A stretch of DNA of 64,000 nt. Source: Thermoplasmatota archaeon. Its GTDB lineage: Archaea > Thermoplasmatota > Poseidoniia > Poseidoniales > Thalassarchaeaceae. The translations under genes were made by a program, and so were the position numbers. The notes below the pieces were generated by a model. That model did no database searches, was not told the DNA's origin, and saw only the letters and a program-made list of their open reading frames with translations. How positions within the stretch are numbered: the first letter of the stretch is position 1; each line of letters starts with the position of its first letter. Below are positions 59,187 to 64,000 of this stretch, one piece after another. The DNA lies in assembly GCA_030828405.1 (NCBI GenBank), contig JAURCP010000007.1, forward strand, positions 2,250 through 66,249, read 5' to 3'.

Positions 59187-60623
59187 TTGAATCTCCGGAA
59201 TTATATATCAGGAGAATTTATTGAGCCAGAAACTGGAGAATGGTTAGAAAATTTCTCACCTGCTACCGGAGAAATAATCGCATTAGTACCAAAATCTGGT
59301 CAAAATGACATAAATATGGCAGTAGAATCTGCAAAACAGGCTTTACCTTCTTGGTCTGCACTAACAAATATAGATAGGGCAAATTGGCTAGATAAAATAG
59401 CAGATAAATTAGAAACTAAATATGAAGAAATTGCGAGATTAGAGAGTAAAGACACGGGGAAACCAATTAGTTTAGCAAGAGAGGTAGATGCTTATCGTTC
59501 AGTTAAAAACTTTAGATTTTTTGCGAATATGATTAGAAATCTAAATGAGGAATCATATGAAATGGAGGATGCCACTAATAGGGTAATATACAAACCAGTT
59601 GGAGTAGGGGCCCTAATTACTCCATGGAACTTACCACTCTACTTACTATCATGGAAAGTTGCTCCTGCCATAGGAATGGGTAATACTGTAGTTTGTAAAC
59701 CAAGCGAAATGACTCCACTTACCGCAGATTTACTCATGAAAACTATAGATGAAATCGGGTTACCAAAAGGAGTAGTTAATCTAGTTCATGGAGATGGGAT
59801 GGGTGCTGGCTCACCACTAGTTTCGCATGAAAAAGTATCCTTAGTATCATTCACAGGAGGAACTTCAACTGGTTCAATAGTTGCCAAATCTGCTGCAAGT
59901 TCTTTCAAAAAATTGAGTCTAGAGTTAGGTGGTAAAAACGCAAGTGTAATTTTTGATGACTGCGATCTGGAATATACTGTCAAAGGAGTAGTTAGATCTG
60001 GTTTTCTGAACCAAGGACAGGTTTGTCTTTGTGGAAGTAGAATCCTGGTACAAGAAAAAATATATGATGAATTTGTAAAGAAATTTGTTTCAGAGGTTCA
60101 AAATATGAAAATTGGGGACCCCTCTGACGAAAATACAAAATTAGGTGCCTTGATATCTCCCGAACACCTTTCAAAGGTTGAAGAATATATTGAAATCGCC
60201 AAAGACGAAGGAGGAACAGTACTTACTGGAGGTTATCCAAATCTTCCTGAAGAATTTAAGAATGGGAATTGGATATCTCCAACAGTAATTGCCGATTTGG
60301 ATGTAAATTCTCGTTGTTCGACTGAAGAGATATTTGGGCCAGTAGTTACTATTCATAAATTTAGTAATGAAAACGAGGCCATTGAAATTGCTAATAATAC
60401 CAGATATGGACTAGCAGGAAGTATATGGACTAATGACCTTGAAAAAGCTAATAGAGTTGCGGAATCAATACATACCGGTATGATTTGGATAAATACGTGG
60501 CTACATAGAGATTTAAGAGTACCATTCGGAGGAGTTAAAGATTCAGGAGTGGGCAGGGAAGGAGGGAAATGGAGTTTGAGTTTCTTCTCTGAAGTAATGA
60601 ATATTTGTATAAAACACAAATAA
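59187..60623 (+). CDS. Aldehyde dehydrogenase, 2-aminomuconate/2-hydroxymuconate semialdehyde (ALDH8-like) type
   Basis: ITPWNLPLYLLSWK, FTGGT, LELGGKN, NQGQVCLCGSR, EEIFGPV, W..RDLRVPFGG. Confidence 0.85.
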   Translation: MNLRNYISGEFIEPETGEWLENFSPATGEIIALVPKSGQNDINMAVESAKQALPSWSALTNIDRANWLDKIADKLETKYEEIARLESKDTGKPISLAREVDAYRSVKNFRFFANMIRNLNEESYEMEDATNRVIYKPVGVGALITPWNLPLYLLSWKVAPAIGMGNTVVCKPSEMTPLTADLLMKTIDEIGLPKGVVNLVHGDGMGAGSPLVSHEKVSLVSFTGGTSTGSIVAKSAASSFKKLSLELGGKNASVIFDDCDLEYTVKGVVRSGFLNQGQVCLCGSRILVQEKIYDEFVKKFVSEVQNMKIGDPSDENTKLGALISPEHLSKVEEYIEIAKDEGGTVLTGGYPNLPEEFKNGNWISPTVIADLDVNSRCSTEEIFGPVVTIHKFSNENEAIEIANNTRYGLAGSIWTNDLEKANRVAESIHTGMIWINTWLHRDLRVPFGGVKDSGVGREGGKWSLSFFSEVMNICIKHK

Positions 60624-61985
60624 TCATCGACGGCCCTTTCTGCCTTTACCTCTTTTAGATTTACCAGAATTATATTCCCAATTTCTTCCTGGTTTATTAG
60701 ACCATGAACTAGCATCAAAATTCGAGTCACTATTTTTTTGTAACTTCTTTCTTAAACCTCTAGGGAGCTCTTGTACAGAATTAACATCTAATTTCAAGCC
60801 TAAATCTTGTTCAAGTTTACGAATTCCTTCTCCACCGGGTCCAATCATAGAGCCTATTGCAGAATCATCAATGTAAATTACGGCAGCAGAGTCAGTGATC
60901 AATTTTGCATGTTTAACTGTAATTCCAGTTAGCCTTGTAGCCTCTCTCTTGAGTTCTTCTGCAGCTAATTTCCAAGCAGGACTCCCTCCATCTTCGTTAG
61001 AATCAGTGACGGGAACTACTGCAATTTCAGAACCAAATGCAAACATTTCATGAGTCAAACGATTGGAGGGGAACTCACGAATTTCAATAACAGGGCGACT
61101 CAAATCAGATTCCATCCCTGATGGTGCTCTGACTACCATCTTTAATTCTAATACTTGATTTATTTTTCCTTTTTCAATATGAATGACTGTATCTAGAACT
61201 TGAGAAATTAAACCTAACTCAACTTTTCCGACTAATCTTTGTATCGCTTGTAATCCACTATTAGCGTGAGTGACTCCAAGAAGTCCAACTCCTGCTAAAC
61301 GTACGTCGCCAAATATCTCAAAATCTCTAGCACGACGAACTTCGTCAAAGATTACAAAGTCGGGTCTTAGTAAGAAAATAATCTCTGCGGTTTTTTCTAA
61401 GTCACCTTCTAAAGGAGCATATTGAGTCACTCTTTGAGGTACTTGTAAGTCTCTAGGAGATTCCATAGTCTTCACCATTGCTCCCATTTCTGAATCTAAA
61501 TATGAGGCTATCGCCTGTGCGAAAGTGGTCTTACCGGAACCTGGTTTACCTACTACGAATACACCACGATGATGGTTGGATAATCTGTTCACAAGTTCGT
61601 CATCTAATTTGTAATCTGATAATTGTAAATTCGCTACTGGTCTGACAACAGTTATTTCCCAAGCATCTGAGAAAGGCGGCCAAGCACAACTTACACGTAG
61701 ATCTCCGATTTGCATAACTTTACAGCCTTCACGTTCAATCTCGATGAAACAATCAGAACGATTAGGATTCTGTTCAATAATTAATGAAAGATCTTCTGAA
61801 AGAGTCAATAAATTTGGCTTATCCCAAACTTCTAAGTCTAATTCATTTAAACTCAAAGAAGATATGTGCCCACTCTTTACTCGGGGTTTACATTCAGCTT
61901 TCAGAAAGATTGTTGATACGGACTCGTCTAACAAAATAGATTCTAATGAATCGGGTAGTAAAGGATGGTCTCCAAATGACGCCAT
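60624..61985 (-). CDS. PINA-family (PilT/VirB11-like) ATPase with KH domain, lacking the N-terminal PIN domain
   Basis: PPFSDAWEITVVRP, GKPGSGKTT, KTMESPRDL, LLRPD..FDEVR, IGPGG KH loop. Confidence 0.85.
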   Translation of the reverse strand: MASFGDHPLLPDSLESILLDESVSTIFLKAECKPRVKSGHISSLSLNELDLEVWDKPNLLTLSEDLSLIIEQNPNRSDCFIEIEREGCKVMQIGDLRVSCAWPPFSDAWEITVVRPVANLQLSDYKLDDELVNRLSNHHRGVFVVGKPGSGKTTFAQAIASYLDSEMGAMVKTMESPRDLQVPQRVTQYAPLEGDLEKTAEIIFLLRPDFVIFDEVRRARDFEIFGDVRLAGVGLLGVTHANSGLQAIQRLVGKVELGLISQVLDTVIHIEKGKINQVLELKMVVRAPSGMESDLSRPVIEIREFPSNRLTHEMFAFGSEIAVVPVTDSNEDGGSPAWKLAAEELKREATRLTGITVKHAKLITDSAAVIYIDDSAIGSMIGPGGEGIRKLEQDLGLKLDVNSVQELPRGLRKKLQKNSDSNFDASSWSNKPGRNWEYNSGKSKRGKGRKGRR

Positions 61986-62117
61986 GCATGTATGAAACGC
62001 TCTTTAGATTTCATGTTTGGCTTAGTTGCGGTGTTAATGCTCGGATAAACTAATACTACTTTTCTAGTATAATATAGGGTAAGACTGAAAGTATAGTTAT
62101 CACGCATAGAGTAGAAT

Positions 62118-63098
62118 ATGGCATCAGTTGGCATTATTGGATTAGGGGCATATGTACCACCAAATGAAATGAGTAATGAAGACTGGATGGAATATGTTGA
62201 AACAAGTGATGAATGGATTACTACGAAAACAGGTATGAAAAAAAGAAGAATAGCCAGTTCCAATGTATGTACTTCGGATTTGGCAGTAGAAGCTTCTAAA
62301 CAGGCCTTAGATGATGCTAAATTAAAACCCGAAGATATCGATCTAATCATTCTGGCAACCTCATCTCCTGATGTGCCACTATCTTCTACTGCAGGAATAA
62401 TTCAACATAAATTAGGCTGCACTGATTGTGCAGCTTTTGATATCAATGCAGTATGTGCTGGATGGGTGCATGCATTGGATATAGGGAGTCGATATGTAGG
62501 TACAAATGGTTATCAAAATGTCCTCGTTGTTGGTTCAGAAATCTACTCACGTATATTGAACTGGAAAGATAGAGCCACCTGTGTATTATTTGGAGATGGG
62601 GCAGGAGCGGCAGTCTTATCTGAAGTTAAGGAAGGAAAAGGGATCATTAGTTCATGGCTAATGTCTGATGGTTCTGGTTCATCTGTAATTGAAATACCAT
62701 CTGGAGGAGTGAGGACACCATTTGATTCAGATGAATTTGTAGAAGGTTCACAATATTTCCATATGGATGGGAGAGCGGTTTGGAATTTCGCTATAGAGGC
62801 TTTTCCACAAGCAGTTAATGAGTCATTACGAAAAGCAGGGAAAAACATCGAAGATGTTGATTTGGTGATTCCTCATCAAGCAAATATTAATATTATCAAG
62901 ACAGGAATGGAAAAATTAGGTCTCGGAATGGAAAAAACCTATACTAATTTACATAAATATGGGAATACAGCGGGTGCAAGTGTCCCTATTGCAATGAAAG
63001 AAGCAATGGAAAAGGGGTTAATCAATGAGGGGGATTTAGTGGTTACAGCGGCTTTCGGTGGCGGTTTAGCATGGGGTGCTAACGTTATACAATTCTAA
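62118..63098 (+). CDS. fabH: 3-oxoacyl-ACP synthase III (bacterial type)
   Basis: TSDEWI, AVCAG, LFGDGAGA, MDGRAV, PHQAN, GNTAGAS, FGGGL.WG. Confidence 0.92.
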   Translation: MASVGIIGLGAYVPPNEMSNEDWMEYVETSDEWITTKTGMKKRRIASSNVCTSDLAVEASKQALDDAKLKPEDIDLIILATSSPDVPLSSTAGIIQHKLGCTDCAAFDINAVCAGWVHALDIGSRYVGTNGYQNVLVVGSEIYSRILNWKDRATCVLFGDGAGAAVLSEVKEGKGIISSWLMSDGSGSSVIEIPSGGVRTPFDSDEFVEGSQYFHMDGRAVWNFAIEAFPQAVNESLRKAGKNIEDVDLVIPHQANINIIKTGMEKLGLGMEKTYTNLHKYGNTAGASVPIAMKEAMEKGLINEGDLVVTAAFGGGLAWGANVIQF

Positions 63099-64000
63099 TA
63101 TTGGTTATGATATTGAATCCATCCGCCAGTAGCTGCATCATGCCTTAATATCGACCCATCAGAATTTACACACCAAACTTGACCCGTTTCATCTGCCCAT
63201 ACCTTTTGCCCATATTCATTCACAGGTGTCCCTTCAGGTGGCGATATAATCTGAGGCTTTGGAGGAGTTGGTAACTCATTAAGCAAGGCATCTATGTGAG
63301 AAGTATCTTTGATAACTTCGGTTTCTTTTTTGGAAGATTCCTCTACTGAATCATTATTCTCCGAAATACCAATTGGGTCATTATTCTCTAATTCAGCACT
63401 AGGCTTAGACATTCCTTCATGAGGATAATCGACTTCAATTACTTCATTTTCTTCAGATTTTGATTCACTGACATTTTCAGATTTCCTGCGCAAGGTAATG
63501 ACTCCTAGATACCCAATAATAGCTAGTACTATTATCCCACCAGAAACTGCCAAAATAAATTGTAGATTGGTTTGAAAATATTTGATACCTGGGTGAGAAT
63601 CAGAGTTATCTCCCACTCCATCATTGTCTGAATCAATCCATTCAGAAATGTCATTAGGGAACTCGTCATCAGCATCATTGATACCATCTGCATCTGTATC
63701 AGGGAGGAGAGGATTGGTGCCTTCTTCAATTTCTTTAGTATCTGACCATCCATCATTATCATCATCACTGTCTGCATTATTACCAATACCATCTCCGTCG
63801 GTATCAAGCCACTCATTAGCATCTAATGGAGCCCAATCACTTACATCCAATTCACCATCTCCATCGTCATCTGAATCTACTAGATCGCATTCACCATCAG
63901 AATCTGTGTCAAGAGGTACGGCCTGAGCGATTAATGAATCGGTTTCACAAGTTGATTCTTGCATATCTGACCAGCCATCTCCATCATCATCTGTATCTTG
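63095..64000 (-). CDS. Thrombospondin type 3 (Ca-binding) repeat surface protein, C-terminal part
   Basis: Repeated DTDGDGIG/DSDDDGDG units, TM helix, cytoplasmic tail; runs off the window end. Confidence 0.8.
   Translation of the reverse strand, partial: QDTDDDGDGWSDMQESTCETDSLIAQAVPLDTDSDGECDLVDSDDDGDGELDVSDWAPLDANEWLDTDGDGIGNNADSDDDNDGWSDTKEIEEGTNPLLPDTDADGINDADDEFPNDISEWIDSDNDGVGDNSDSHPGIKYFQTNLQFILAVSGGIIVLAIIGYLGVITLRRKSENVSESKSEENEVIEVDYPHEGMSKPSAELENNDPIGISENNDSVEESSKKETEVIKDTSHIDALLNELPTPPKPQIISPPEGTPVNEYGQKVWADETGQVWCVNSDGSILRHDAATGGWIQYHNQY

Noticed and set aside
63600-64000. Repetitive (TCA/TCT)-rich DNA
   Set aside because: Encodes Asp-rich thrombospondin type 3 repeats; not a DNA repeat element

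Overview
A gene-dense, AT-rich archaeal chromosomal segment. Archaeal markers include PolD small subunit, L37e/L40e/L44e/S27e, aIF2-alpha, Nop10, PAC2, LonB and archaeal TyrRS/AspRS. These, together with many bacterial-type metabolic genes and acidic Ca-binding surface proteins, point to Marine Group II Euryarchaeota (Ca. Poseidoniales); the taxon call is an inference. About 63 CDS, two CCA-encoding tRNAs (Val-TAC, Ser-CGA) and a TPP riboswitch were found. No CRISPR array, IS element or prophage was seen. Main observations: (1) a 261-aa protein built from three (possibly four) tandem histone folds; (2) a compact TPP riboswitch whose P4 strand overlaps the ribosome-binding site of a sodium:solute symporter; (3) a tightly packed five-gene operon (formyltransferase, SDR, luciferase-like monooxygenase, class-3-asparaginase variant with altered metal ligand, aminomuconate-semialdehyde-type ALDH) that looks like an uncharacterised catabolic pathway; (4) a Cas4/AddB-like Fe-S nuclease fused to OB folds; (5) a GcvH-like protein without the lipoyl lysine; (6) a bacterial class II CCA enzyme divergent from a minimal SerK-like kinase; (7) palindromic candidate operators between an AbrB-PhoU regulator and a PiT-DUF47 fusion; (8) a PIN-less PINA ATPase and a bacterial FabH. 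All calls were made by eye from motifs, with no database searches.
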